The notes under the pieces were generated by a model, which saw only the letters and a list, made by a program, of their open reading frames with translations, did no database searches and was not told where the DNA came from. The translations under genes and the position numbers were made by a program. Shown here piece after piece: positions 17,925-27,280 of a DNA stretch of 64,000 nucleotides. How positions within the stretch are numbered: position 1 is the stretch's first letter; each line of letters opens with the position of its first letter. The DNA is from Vicinamibacterales bacterium (GTDB taxonomy: Bacteria > Acidobacteriota > Vicinamibacteria > Vicinamibacterales > UBA2999): contig JAWKHS010000014.1 of assembly GCA_041394705.1 (NCBI GenBank), positions 7,900 to 71,899 of the forward strand, given 5' to 3'.

Positions 17925-18398
17925 CTAGGTGAACAGCCCGTTCACCATCGGCAGGGCCGTCATCGTGCGGCGATCCAGATCGCCGTCGTCGAATCGGTAC
18001 AGCCGCGGCCCGTGCACGAGATAGACGTGGCCGTTCCGATGGCACAGCGCGCCGCCGATGTAGAGACTGCGGGGCAACGCCACCTTCTGCCGGACGCGCA
18101 GCGTGCGGGCTTCCACCCTGGCCAGGTACGCCGATTCGCCAGGGGTTCCAGGCACGCCGTAGCAGTAGCGCTCGCCGTCGCCGCGCGTGTACATCCACTG
18201 CACGTACGGGAGGGCCGCGTTCGTCGTCCGGATCCGGTGCGGGTCGAGCGCCTCGGGCAGTCCCCGGCCTGTCACGAACTTCCGCCGGGCGGTGTCGGCG
18301 TGATCCGCGGGCCACAGCGTGCGATAGAGTCCGGACGAGCGCCGCGGCCGGTCGAATCCAGGCACGACGGCGGCCTCGAGGTCCTCGGCGGCACTCAC
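17925..18398 (-). CDS. Hypothetical protein (or the N-terminal part of a TAG-interrupted gene)
   Basis: GTG at 18398 is preceded by GGGAGGG and lies 4 nt after the AIM24 stop. The ORF ends at TAG 17925..17927. The 18 codons between the TAG and the next ATG keep G/C at 20 of 21 third positions. Confidence 0.5.
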   Translation of the reverse strand: MSAAEDLEAAVVPGFDRPRRSSGLYRTLWPADHADTARRKFVTGRGLPEALDPHRIRTTNAALPYVQWMYTRGDGERYCYGVPGTPGESAYLARVEARTLRVRQKVALPRSLYIGGALCHRNGHVYLVHGPRLYRFDDGDLDRRTMTALPMVNGLFT

Positions 18399-18402
18399 GG
18401 CC

Positions 18403-19152
18403 CTACCCTCCCACCATCGCCGCCAGCCGCTTGAGCGGGTTGGCGCCGAGGTGAAACCGGCTCGGGTCCTCGAATGGCTGCACCAGCACGACGCCCGTTC
18501 CACCGAAGTGCATCTGGAACGGCTCTTCGCCGCCATGCCCGACGAGCGACCGCCAGGACAGGTCGGTCTTCAACGTCGGTTCGAGCCCGTCGGACCAGGC
18601 CACGGTAGCGTGGGGGTCCGTGTTCACGGGCGCCTCCGGCGTCACGGGAAGCGCCAGTGGGCGCCCGTGACTGGTGAACGCGAACAGGCCCTCGCCCGAC
18701 AGCCGCACCGCGGCGAGCCCGCCCGCCGCGATGCCGACGCCGTGCGCGACCAGGCGCGGCTCGAACACCAGCGTCCGCTCGAAGGCCAGCAGGTCGGACC
18801 AGGCGACGACCACGGCATCGCCGATCAGCCGCACGATGCGGACGTGGCTCCCGTGGTGCGCACAGTAGAGGCACCCCCGCCCCACCGCCCGCACGAGCGG
18901 CGCGGTCTCGCGCAGGACGGCGTCGATCGGGTCGGCCGCCTCGACCGTCGGCCGCCGGTGGAAGGTGAGATCGCCGCGATAGGCGATGGCCGCGCCAGGC
19001 GTGAGCCAGACCTCGCCATCCACGTCGATTCGCAGCGTCCGCGCCGACTCGCAGCGAAACGACTCGCCGCCGCTGGCGGCGGGCCGCGTGGCATCCACCA
19101 GCGCGCCGAACGTGGGCGCCGGTCCGGGCGGAACGTCCGTCGTGGTCGTCAT
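18403..19152 (-). CDS. AIM24 (DUF124) family protein
   Basis: 249-aa ORF whose length and beta-rich pattern are typical of AIM24 (GEGLFAFTSHG..., FGGTGVVLVQPFE). No database check was run. Confidence 0.65.
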   Translation of the reverse strand: MTTTTDVPPGPAPTFGALVDATRPAASGGESFRCESARTLRIDVDGEVWLTPGAAIAYRGDLTFHRRPTVEAADPIDAVLRETAPLVRAVGRGCLYCAHHGSHVRIVRLIGDAVVVAWSDLLAFERTLVFEPRLVAHGVGIAAGGLAAVRLSGEGLFAFTSHGRPLALPVTPEAPVNTDPHATVAWSDGLEPTLKTDLSWRSLVGHGGEEPFQMHFGGTGVVLVQPFEDPSRFHLGANPLKRLAAMVGG

Positions 19153-19174
19153 GGGATCCTCGCCGACCGCTGCG

Positions 19175-20203
19175 TCAGTTCCCCTTGCCCGGGATGCGCG
19201 TCTTGCCGAACGGGATGGTGTTCGTCACCATCAGGGTCCGGCCCTGCGTCTTCACCTGCGCTCCCGTCTCCCAGAGGTAGCGCACGTTCACGAGCGACAG
19301 CAGCCGCGTCCTGGTGGCAATCGGGAACGTCACGTCGGGACCGAGTCCGAACACCCGGTGCTTCGGCAGCCCCGGCACGTCGGCGCCGGCCGGCAGCGGC
19401 GCGCCGAGCGAGTCGGCGGTCAGCTTCCACTGGGCGTAGTAGGCCACGCCGGCGCTGGCCGCGCCGTGCAGGAACGCCTTGCCGATGCCGCCCTCGAGGG
19501 TCAGGAGCTGTCCGACCTTGACGCCGGTGACCGAGAGGTGCTCGATCTGCACCGCGCCGCTCTTCTTGGAGTGCGTCTCCCAGTAGGCCGTCGTGGCCAC
19601 GCTGAGCGAGCGCGCCTTGTCCAGGTACACGGTGCCACCACCCGACACCTCGTAGCTCCACATGCCCCTGCCCAGGTTGTCGTCGGCATCCGCGGCGTAG
19701 CGACCCGTCGGGGCGAAGAAGCCGACGCCGGCCACGGCGTCGGCGCGCGTCGTGTGCCAGCCGAGCTGCAGCGGCATCACGTAGAGGTCGCTCAGGCCCG
19801 TGCTGACGTCCTCCGACAGACCGAGGCCCGGCATCTCGAGCGAGCCCCTCGCGATCGGCAGGACCACGAGCGCGCCGACGTGCGCGCCAAGGACCTTCTT
19901 CCTGCTGACCGCATAGAGGAGGGGCATGCCGGCCTGGATGGTCTGGCTGGCCTTGCCGGACGGGTCGATCTGGATCCGCCTGCCGTCCGGATCCGTGATG
20001 GTGTCGGTGAAGTACCGGTAGTAGATGTTGGACCAGTAGACGCCGGGCTCGGGTTGCGAGCCGCTCTTGACACCCATGTCGCCGAGCAGGTTCTCGCCGT
20101 TGAACTGCGCCGCGGCGGGCGTGGCCAGGACGGCCGTGACGAGGGCGGCGAACGCCGCCGTGAGGCCGGGCCGGAGGAAGGAACGAATCGTGATCGAGGT
20201 CAT
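19175..20203 (-). CDS. Outer-membrane transporter of the MetA-pathway/phenol-degradation-like beta-barrel family
   Basis: Signal peptide ...ATPAAAQ. Alternating beta-strand pattern, aromatic-rich, with a terminal region typical of this ~300-aa barrel family. Confidence 0.65.
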   Translation of the reverse strand: MTSITIRSFLRPGLTAAFAALVTAVLATPAAAQFNGENLLGDMGVKSGSQPEPGVYWSNIYYRYFTDTITDPDGRRIQIDPSGKASQTIQAGMPLLYAVSRKKVLGAHVGALVVLPIARGSLEMPGLGLSEDVSTGLSDLYVMPLQLGWHTTRADAVAGVGFFAPTGRYAADADDNLGRGMWSYEVSGGGTVYLDKARSLSVATTAYWETHSKKSGAVQIEHLSVTGVKVGQLLTLEGGIGKAFLHGAASAGVAYYAQWKLTADSLGAPLPAGADVPGLPKHRVFGLGPDVTFPIATRTRLLSLVNVRYLWETGAQVKTQGRTLMVTNTIPFGKTRIPGKGN

Positions 20204-20241
20204 TGCCGTACTCCTGGAGATGCGGATGGCGGTGGTTGGAA

Positions 20242-21867
20242 TCAGGCCGTGACGGCCTCTTCGTCTTCGCGTGCGTGGGCCAGCGTGGTCGAGGGCCGGA
20301 AGTCGTCGGCCGCCGGCCAGCGGATCTCGTCAGGGGTGGTGCCAGTCGCGTGCATCACGTCGGTGAGCCGCCGGTGCAGGCGGGTGCGCTCGATCTCGGA
20401 CGCCGGCGTCGCGTGCGCGGCGTGCGCGAGGTTCGTCAACTCGTACGGGTCGCGGGCCAGGTCGTACATCTCGTACTCGGTGGGCGCCCCGGTGAACGGG
20501 TCGTAGTAGACGGCGTACTTCCAGGACGGCTCGGTGATCGCGCGGATGCAGTCGGCGGGCTTCACCGGAAAGACGTCGTCCTCGTAGGTGAAGTGCAGGA
20601 CGTCCTGCACCGCCGCTGCCGGGTTCGACAGGATCGGCGTGAGGTCCCTGCCCCGGAAGCCGTACTGCGCCGGCTCGGGCGTGCCCGCGATCGCGGCCAG
20701 CGTCGGCACCACGTCGATCAGGCTGACGAGCGCATCGGTCGACTGCGGCGCCGGGTACAGGCGCGGGTTCGAGACGATGAGCGGCACGTTCAGCGTCTCG
20801 CGGTACACGTTGTAGAACTTCTGCCGCATCCGGCCGTGCGACATGGCGAGCTCCCCGTGGTCGCTCGTGCGGAGGACGATCGTGTCGTCGGTGAGGCCGT
20901 TGGCGTCGAGCGCGTCCAGCACCTTCAGGATCTGGGCGTCGACCTGCCGGCAGAGATGGGCGTAGAAGCGCGCGTAGAGGAGCTGCCGATCGCGCGTCAG
21001 CACGTGGCCCGTGGCGATCGCCAGGAACTGGCGGAACGCCGCCTGCACGGCCGGTTTCGTGGCCAGGTCGTCCACCACGTTCGGGGGCAGGTCGATCGGG
21101 AGGTCGCGGAAGTCCTCGAGGCGGTATCCGCCGCGCGCGAAGGTCGGGCTCACCGACAGCCCGCGCACGCCGCGGCCGGGATACTCCTGGACGTCGTGCG
21201 GGTTGACCAGCGCGACGATGAGGCAGAAGGGCCTGTCGCCGTCGTACGTGTTCAGGAAATTGACGGCGCTCTGACGGAACATCGCGTCGCTGTCGCCGTG
21301 CGCGCCGGCCATCGTCCCGCTGCCGTCCACGTACCGTCCGTCGTTGTTGATGGCGCCGCCGCCCAGGTCGGACAGGCTCATCGGATCGCTCATGTCTGGT
21401 GGGTTCCAGCCGTGGAATCCATAGCGCTCGGCGAGATGCGCCGTATCGGCGGCCGACCACTCGTAGCGCTTCGCCTCGGCGTTGTAGTTGACGGGTCGCG
21501 TCAGGTGCAGTTTGCCCTTGAGCTCCACGTGGTAGCCGGCCGCGGCGAGCACCGTCGCGAGGTTCGGCAGCGAGCTCGGCAGGATGTTGAGCCGGCGCTG
21601 CACGGCCTGTCCGTAGTCGTTGCACGCAATCAGGTTCTTGACGCCGTGCTGCGCGGGATAGAGGCCGGTGAAGAACGTCGCACGGCTCGACGAGCACGCC
21701 GCGGTGTTGCACTGCGCACGCCGGAAGTGGAGGCCGCGGGCCATCAAGCGGCGGCGCGCCGGCAGGTTGGCCTCGGCCCAGCCCTCGGGCCAATGCATCA
21801 CCTCGCGCTCCTGGTCCGTGATCAGGATGACGAGGTTCGGCTTGCGCGGAAGGCCGGTGGCATTCAC
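20242..21867 (-). CDS. Sulfatase (arylsulfatase-like), no signal peptide
   Basis: GTG at 21867 overlaps the upstream stop as GTGA. N-terminus KPNLVILITDQ. The active-site region is CSSSRATFFTGLYPAQHG. The upstream 367 codons of ORF 20242..22968 are the shadow of the DJ-1 gene. Confidence 0.85.
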   Translation of the reverse strand: MNATGLPRKPNLVILITDQEREVMHWPEGWAEANLPARRRLMARGLHFRRAQCNTAACSSSRATFFTGLYPAQHGVKNLIACNDYGQAVQRRLNILPSSLPNLATVLAAAGYHVELKGKLHLTRPVNYNAEAKRYEWSAADTAHLAERYGFHGWNPPDMSDPMSLSDLGGGAINNDGRYVDGSGTMAGAHGDSDAMFRQSAVNFLNTYDGDRPFCLIVALVNPHDVQEYPGRGVRGLSVSPTFARGGYRLEDFRDLPIDLPPNVVDDLATKPAVQAAFRQFLAIATGHVLTRDRQLLYARFYAHLCRQVDAQILKVLDALDANGLTDDTIVLRTSDHGELAMSHGRMRQKFYNVYRETLNVPLIVSNPRLYPAPQSTDALVSLIDVVPTLAAIAGTPEPAQYGFRGRDLTPILSNPAAAVQDVLHFTYEDDVFPVKPADCIRAITEPSWKYAVYYDPFTGAPTEYEMYDLARDPYELTNLAHAAHATPASEIERTRLHRRLTDVMHATGTTPDEIRWPAADDFRPSTTLAHAREDEEAVTA

Positions 21868-22703
21868 GACGCCACCCGCTCGGACGCTGCGCGATTGGCC
21901 AGGGCCCGCTGCATCATCAGCCGCGCCACCATCGGCCCGGCGTTCTGGTTCTGGCCGGTGACGAGGTTGCCGTCCTCGACCCAGTGGTTGGCGAAGAAGT
22001 CGCGCGCCGGATGCCGCTGACTCTCGAAGAGCGCGCCGGCCTGGCGGAGCGCCGTCTCCGGATGGAGGGGCGTGATGGCGACGCCGAGCTCGTGGATCTG
22101 CTTGTCGGTGACGGCCGTCAGGTGGCGGCCCTTCACGAGCAGTTCGCCATCGGGCATGCGCGCCTTCAGCAGCCCGAGCGGGCCGTGGCAGATGCCGCCG
22201 ACGACCCTGCCCGCCGCCCACGCCTCGCTGACCTTCCGGCCGAGCGCCTCGGACTGGCCGAGGTCGAACGCCGCGCCCCAGCCGCCAGCGAAGTAGATGA
22301 TGTCGTAGCGCGTGAAGTCGACGTCGGCGATCGCCAGCGAGTCCGCCAGCTTCGCGCGGAAGTCCGCGTCGTCCAGCAGCCGGTAGTCGTCCGGCGTGCG
22401 GATGGTCGCGTCCATCGACAGCGGGTCCACGGGCACGATGCCGCCGCGCGGGCTGGCGACGTCCACGGTCATGCCCGCGTCGAGGAAGCAGTAGTAGGGA
22501 ACGGTCAGCTCCGACCCGAAGACACCGGTCGCGACCCCGATGTCGAGGACGCCGTGGTTGGTGGCGATGCAGAGGGCCCGCAGGCCGCGCAGGTCGAGGG
22601 CGACGGCGTCGCGATCCCTGGGATGCACCCCGAACTGCTGCAGCAGGCGGCGGCTCGCCAGCTTCGGTGCCGACGGACGGCCTTTGAGGGTTCGGCTTGC
22701 CAT
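21864..22703 (-). CDS. DJ-1/PfpI (class I glutamine amidotransferase-like, Hsp31-type) protein
   Basis: ATG at 22703 is preceded by AAGGAG. The nucleophile elbow GGICHGP is present, with YDIIYFAGGWGA upstream of it. Confidence 0.8.
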   Translation of the reverse strand: MASRTLKGRPSAPKLASRRLLQQFGVHPRDRDAVALDLRGLRALCIATNHGVLDIGVATGVFGSELTVPYYCFLDAGMTVDVASPRGGIVPVDPLSMDATIRTPDDYRLLDDADFRAKLADSLAIADVDFTRYDIIYFAGGWGAAFDLGQSEALGRKVSEAWAAGRVVGGICHGPLGLLKARMPDGELLVKGRHLTAVTDKQIHELGVAITPLHPETALRQAGALFESQRHPARDFFANHWVEDGNLVTGQNQNAGPMVARLMMQRALANRAASERVAS

Positions 22704-22748
22704 GGTCCTGGTCTCCTTGTGTGAGGGGCGGTTGATGCCCGGACACAG

Positions 22749-22764
22749 GGCAACACGGAGGCCA
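22749..22764 (-). promoter_or_regulatory. Sigma-54-type promoter candidate P4 (TGGCCT-CCGTG-TTGCC)
   Basis: The reverse complement of 22749..22764 reads TGGCCTCCGTGTTGCC. GG and GC are 12 nt apart as in the TGGCAC-N5-TTGC consensus. It lies 45 nt upstream of the DJ-1 ATG, in the correct orientation, in an intergenic region. Confidence 0.5.
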
Positions 22765-22960
22765 GGCCGGGTCCCGCGCCGGCCCAGCGCCACAAAACGG
22801 TAGGGCTGTTGCAGTTACGGCGGTGCGGCGACGCGGCGCACTGCGGTCACGCGATGGTGCGGCCCCGGCCAGGCTGCCCCGATCGGGACAGTGTGCGGGG
22901 GCTCTTCGACCGGGACCAGCAGGCGTCGCGGGGCGCGCGCTTGGGAAATAATCGCAGCCA

Positions 22961-24202
22961 GTGGCCACCTCGACGGCGACCGCGTCACTCGTGCCGCTGC
23001 CCGCCGCCGGCGAGGGGCACTGGCGGTACGCGGGCTGGAAGGTGGCGCTGGCCAGCAGCGCCGGGGTGTTCTGCTGGTCCCTGCATCCCTACAGCTTCGC
23101 GGTCTTCCTGAAGCCCCTGACCGAAGAGTTCGGGTGGACGCGCCAGATGGTGGCCGGCGCCTTCGGTCTCTCGGCCCTCATGGCCGCCGCTCTGTCCACG
23201 CCCGCCGGGCTTCTGATGGACCGCGTGGGCGCGCGGGTGGTGCTCATCCCGGCGCTGACCGGCGCCGGGCTCGTGTTCCTGCTCCGGGGATTCGTGACGG
23301 GGCCTTTCTGGCACCTCGCGGCGCTCTTCGCGCTGAGCGGCGTCTGCGGGCAGGGCGCCAACCCCGTCGCCCACGCGCGGCTCGTCTCGACGTGGTTCGA
23401 CGGCCGGCGCGGGCGCGCCCTGGGCGTGGTGATGGCCGGCGTGGCGGCCGGTGCGATGGCCCACCCGGTCGTGGGCCAGCTGCTCATCGACGGCGTCGGC
23501 TGGCGCGCCGCCCAGGTCGTCCTCGGCGTCCTGATGCTGACGGGCGTGCCGATCGTGGCGGCCTTCGTGCGTGCCAGGCCCGACACGCCACGCGCGGGCG
23601 GCCCCCACGTCGCGGGCATGCGCGCTCCCGAGGCGCTCAGGACGCGCGTGTTCCTCGTGCTCGCAGCGGTGCTGCTGTGCGACGCGCTCGCCACGGGCAG
23701 CCTCACCGTGCACCTGCCGGCGCTTCTGACGGACCGCGGCGTCGACGCGCCGACCGCGGCGCTGACGCTCTCGGCGATGGGCGCCGCGGCCCTGGTGGGA
23801 CGTCTCGGCACCGGCTCGCTGCTCGACCGCTTCTTCGCGCCCTACATCTCGATCGCGCTGCTGGTGCTGGCCGCCGCGGGACTCCTCGTGCTGGCCACGG
23901 CGGAGTCGCGTGCGGCCGGCATCCTCGGCGCGGCGTGCGTGGGCCTCGGCATGGGCGGCGAGTCGGACGTCACGCCCTACCTCCTGACACGGTATTTCGG
24001 CCTGCGCGCCTTCGCCACGATCTACGGCGTCATGTTCACGATCACGGCCGTCGCGTGGGCGGTGGGCCCGACGCTCATGGGTCGGGCGTTCGACGCCGAC
24101 GGCACCTACGCCCCGCACCTCGTCCGCCTGGCGGCGCTGCTCGGCGGGGCGGCGCTGTTGATGCTGAGCCTCCCCCGCTACGCGCGGGCCGGCCAGGAGT
24201 GA
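22961..24202 (+). CDS. MFS transporter
   Basis: 413-aa ORF with about 12 TM segments and MFS-like loop motifs ([11 protein letters not shown]). GTG start. Its stop lies 4 nt before the bEBP start. Confidence 0.85.
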   Translation: MATSTATASLVPLPAAGEGHWRYAGWKVALASSAGVFCWSLHPYSFAVFLKPLTEEFGWTRQMVAGAFGLSALMAAALSTPAGLLMDRVGARVVLIPALTGAGLVFLLRGFVTGPFWHLAALFALSGVCGQGANPVAHARLVSTWFDGRRGRALGVVMAGVAAGAMAHPVVGQLLIDGVGWRAAQVVLGVLMLTGVPIVAAFVRARPDTPRAGGPHVAGMRAPEALRTRVFLVLAAVLLCDALATGSLTVHLPALLTDRGVDAPTAALTLSAMGAAALVGRLGTGSLLDRFFAPYISIALLVLAAAGLLVLATAESRAAGILGAACVGLGMGGESDVTPYLLTRYFGLRAFATIYGVMFTITAVAWAVGPTLMGRAFDADGTYAPHLVRLAALLGGAALLMLSLPRYARAGQE

Positions 24203-24206
24203 CCGA

Positions 24207-27200
24207 ATGACGATGAGCGACCTGCCCGATCGGCCCGCGCTGACGGGCCTCCTCACGGCCGCGCGGGCCATGCTGCCCACAGGCGCCGTCGGCTTCGCGC
24301 GGCCGGCCGGCCATGGTCTGGTCGACGTCCTCCTCCTGTCCGATCACGGCGTCGGCGCGCACGTCTCTCCCGCACTCGACGCGCCGGCCGCGCTGCGCCC
24401 TGGTGGCACGGGCCTCCTCCAGACCGGCCCCGACGACCTGGCCGCGTTCCCCGATCGCTCTCCCGAGTGGCAGTTGCGCTTCCACGGCGTTCAGCGGGTC
24501 CTGTCGTTGCCGCTGCCCGGCGCTGCGTCCGGCACGCGCATCTGGGTGGGCGCCACCAGCGGCGAGGAGCCGCCCGCTGCCGTCGCCGACGCGCTCGCCG
24601 GCCTTGCCGCGCTCGGTGCCGCGGTCCTGCACGCCGAGGTGACGCCAGCCGAGCGGCTCGAGCGCCTCGAGCGCCTGGATCGCGCGGCGGACCTCGTGCC
24701 GGCGCTGCTCGAGGTGCTCGACGTCCGCGACGTGTTCGCCCGCCTGTCGGAGACCGCGCAGCGCGCTCTTCCCCACGACTTGCTGCTGCTCCGCGAGTTC
24801 AGCGACGACATGACGACCGCCCGGGTCTACGCGCTGTCGGACCGCGGGCCCGTCGCCGGCCCGCCCGTCGCGCACGGCTACCCGGTGTCCGTGATCCGTG
24901 CCTGGGAATACTCGATCGTGGACGACCTGGCGGCGCATCCGATCGAGGCGGAGGCGCCGCTGGCGAAGCTCGGAGCCCGGTCGGTGCTCCGCCTCGCCAT
25001 CAAGTTCGACCGGCGGACGATCGGCGGCCTCGCCTTCCTCTCCCGGTCGCCGGCGGCGTTCACGACCACGGACTTCATGGTCGCGCGCCGGCTGGCCGAT
25101 CACGTCGCGGTGGCGTTGTCGCACCACCGGATGGCCGAGGAGCGGCGCCAGGCCGCGGCGCTCCGCGAGCGCTCGGCCAACCTCGAGATGCTGGACGGCC
25201 TGCTGGCCGCGGTGGCCGGCGTCCTCGACATCCGGGCGGTCTTCGAGCGCGTGTCCGAAGTGGCACAGGCCGTCCTGCCGCACGACGGGCTGTCGATCCT
25301 CGAGCTCCTGGACGGTGGGGCACGGGCGCGGGTGCACGCGAGCCACGGGCTGGGCGATCTCCCCGACGTGCTCGAGATCCCGACCCCGCAGCCGGCCCTG
25401 TCGCCCGAGGCGATGGACACTCGAATCGTCGAGGACTATCGCGAGCGCCCCGAGTACGCCACCGGCCCCGGGGCGCGGGCCGGCATGCGGTCCTCGCTCT
25501 TCGTGTCCATTCATCTCGAAGGCAAGGTGTTCGGCGGCGTCAACTTCTACTCCCGCACCCCGGGCCGCTTCACGAAGGACGACATCCTGGTGGCCCGCCG
25601 CGTCACAGACCACGTCGCGCTGGCGCTGTCGCATCAGCGGCTGGCCGACCAGGTGCGCGCGACCGAGGAGCTGCGCGCGCAGACGACGGCGCTGGAGATG
25701 CTCGACGGGCTGCTCGCCTCGCTGATCGACAGCGGTGACCTCGCCGACACGTTCGCTCGGATCTGCGGCATCGCGGCCCGCGTCCTCCCCCACGATGGAG
25801 CGATGCTCATGGAGCGGCTCGCCGATGGCGAGACGGCGCGCCTCTACGCGAGCGCCGGCATGCCGGACTCCCTGCCGCGCACCGGCCGGATTCCGCAGGA
25901 CGCCCTGGACGATCCGGCCTGGGACCACCACCTGTTCGACGACCTCGCGAACGCCGGCGCACGGTACGCGCCGATGCTCCAGATGGGATTCCGGTCGATG
26001 CTGCGGGTGTCCGTCCGCCTCGACGGCCGACTCGAGGGCGCCCTGGTGTTCCTCGGCAGGGACACGAACCGTTTCTCGCCGCGGGACGCGATGATCGGCC
26101 GTCGCATGGCCGACCGGATGGCCGTCACGCTGGCGCGCGGACGCGAGCTGGCGTCGGAGCGACGCGCCGACGAGGCGCTCGAACGCGCCGCGCGCCTGGA
26201 AGCCCGCGTCCAGGCGCTCACCGACGAGCTCGACGCGCGCACGGGGTACCGCCGCGTGATCGGCGACTCGCCGCAGTGGCGGCAGGTGTTGACGCAGGCC
26301 ACGCAGGTGGCGGCCACCGAGACCACCGCCCTGCTGCTCGGCGAGTCCGGCACCGGCAAGGAGGTGGTGGCCCGCTTCGTCCATCGCGCGTCCCCGCGCA
26401 GGAACGGCCCGTTCCTGGCCCTCAACTGCGCGGCCCTGCCCGAGCAGCTCCTCGAAGCCGAGCTCTTCGGCTACGAGCGCGGGGCCTTCACCGGCGCGGT
26501 CCAGAGCAAGCCCGGCCAGTTGGAACAGGCCGCCGGCGGCACGTTGTTCCTCGACGAGGTCGGCGAGATGAGCCCCACGGCTCAGGCCAAGTTCCTGCGG
26601 GTGCTCCAGGAGCGCGAGTTCCAGCGCCTGGGCGGCACCCGCGTCATCCGGAGCGAGGCCCGCATCGTCGCCGCCACCAACCGCGACCTCCCGCGCGCGA
26701 TCGCCAACGGCCAGTTCCGCGAGGACCTCTACTACCGGCTCAACGTCTTCGCGATCCGGCTGCCGCCGCTGCGCGACCGCAAGTCCGACATCCCCACCCT
26801 CAGCGAGGCGTTCCTCGCCGAGATCGGCAAGGGACTCGGCCGACCGCCAGGGGGCATCTCGCGCGACGCGCGCGAGCTGCTCGTGGCCTACCACTGGCCG
26901 GGAAACGTCCGCGAGCTCAGGAACATCCTGGAGCGATCGGCGATTCTCTGTGAGGGTGGGCTCATCACGGCCGACCTGCTCGGAATCACCGCCGCGCCCG
27001 CGCCCGAGCCCACGCTGGCGGCGCCCGCACGCACACCGCCCCCGGGTGCCCCTGCGGCCCCATTCGCTCCGCCGATTGCGGCCGCGCCGCCCGGCGGCGG
27101 CCCGCCGACGTCAGCCGACGACCTCGCCGGGCTGGAGAAGACCATGATCGAGAACGCGCTGACGGCCGCGCGCTTCAACAAGTCGAGGGCTGCCAAGGCC

Positions 27201-27257
27201 CTGGGCATGACCCGGCATCAGCTCTACATCCGGATGCGCAAGCACGGGCTGGAATAG
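24207..27257 (+). CDS. Sigma-54-dependent transcriptional activator (bEBP) with about four N-terminal GAF domains, an AAA+ sigma-54 interaction domain and a Fis-type HTH
   Basis: Walker A is [11 protein letters not shown]. The GAFTGA loop is present ([13 protein letters not shown]). Walker B is [10 protein letters not shown]-finger context is [10 protein letters not shown]. The C-terminal HTH is [22 protein letters not shown]. The N-terminal ~650 aa show four repeats of a GAF-like pattern ending in ...HVA(V/L)ALSH(H/Q)R(M/L)A. Confidence 0.9.
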   Translation: MTMSDLPDRPALTGLLTAARAMLPTGAVGFARPAGHGLVDVLLLSDHGVGAHVSPALDAPAALRPGGTGLLQTGPDDLAAFPDRSPEWQLRFHGVQRVLSLPLPGAASGTRIWVGATSGEEPPAAVADALAGLAALGAAVLHAEVTPAERLERLERLDRAADLVPALLEVLDVRDVFARLSETAQRALPHDLLLLREFSDDMTTARVYALSDRGPVAGPPVAHGYPVSVIRAWEYSIVDDLAAHPIEAEAPLAKLGARSVLRLAIKFDRRTIGGLAFLSRSPAAFTTTDFMVARRLADHVAVALSHHRMAEERRQAAALRERSANLEMLDGLLAAVAGVLDIRAVFERVSEVAQAVLPHDGLSILELLDGGARARVHASHGLGDLPDVLEIPTPQPALSPEAMDTRIVEDYRERPEYATGPGARAGMRSSLFVSIHLEGKVFGGVNFYSRTPGRFTKDDILVARRVTDHVALALSHQRLADQVRATEELRAQTTALEMLDGLLASLIDSGDLADTFARICGIAARVLPHDGAMLMERLADGETARLYASAGMPDSLPRTGRIPQDALDDPAWDHHLFDDLANAGARYAPMLQMGFRSMLRVSVRLDGRLEGALVFLGRDTNRFSPRDAMIGRRMADRMAVTLARGRELASERRADEALERAARLEARVQALTDELDARTGYRRVIGDSPQWRQVLTQATQVAATETTALLLGESGTGKEVVARFVHRASPRRNGPFLALNCAALPEQLLEAELFGYERGAFTGAVQSKPGQLEQAAGGTLFLDEVGEMSPTAQAKFLRVLQEREFQRLGGTRVIRSEARIVAATNRDLPRAIANGQFREDLYYRLNVFAIRLPPLRDRKSDIPTLSEAFLAEIGKGLGRPPGGISRDARELLVAYHWPGNVRELRNILERSAILCEGGLITADLLGITAAPAPEPTLAAPARTPPPGAPAAPFAPPIAAAPPGGGPPTSADDLAGLEKTMIENALTAARFNKSRAAKALGMTRHQLYIRMRKHGLE

Positions 27258-27280
27258 TCCCGGCGCGCCCGGTCCGGCCG

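Noticed and set aside
22798-22813. Sigma-54-like match CGGTAGGGCTGTTGCA on the plus strand upstream of the MFS gene
   Set aside because: GG and TTGCA are correctly spaced, but the -24 region is poor (CGGTAG). The start codon is about 150 nt away. It would sit back-to-back, about 35 nt from P4, leaving no room for an enhancer. Kept only as a possibility.
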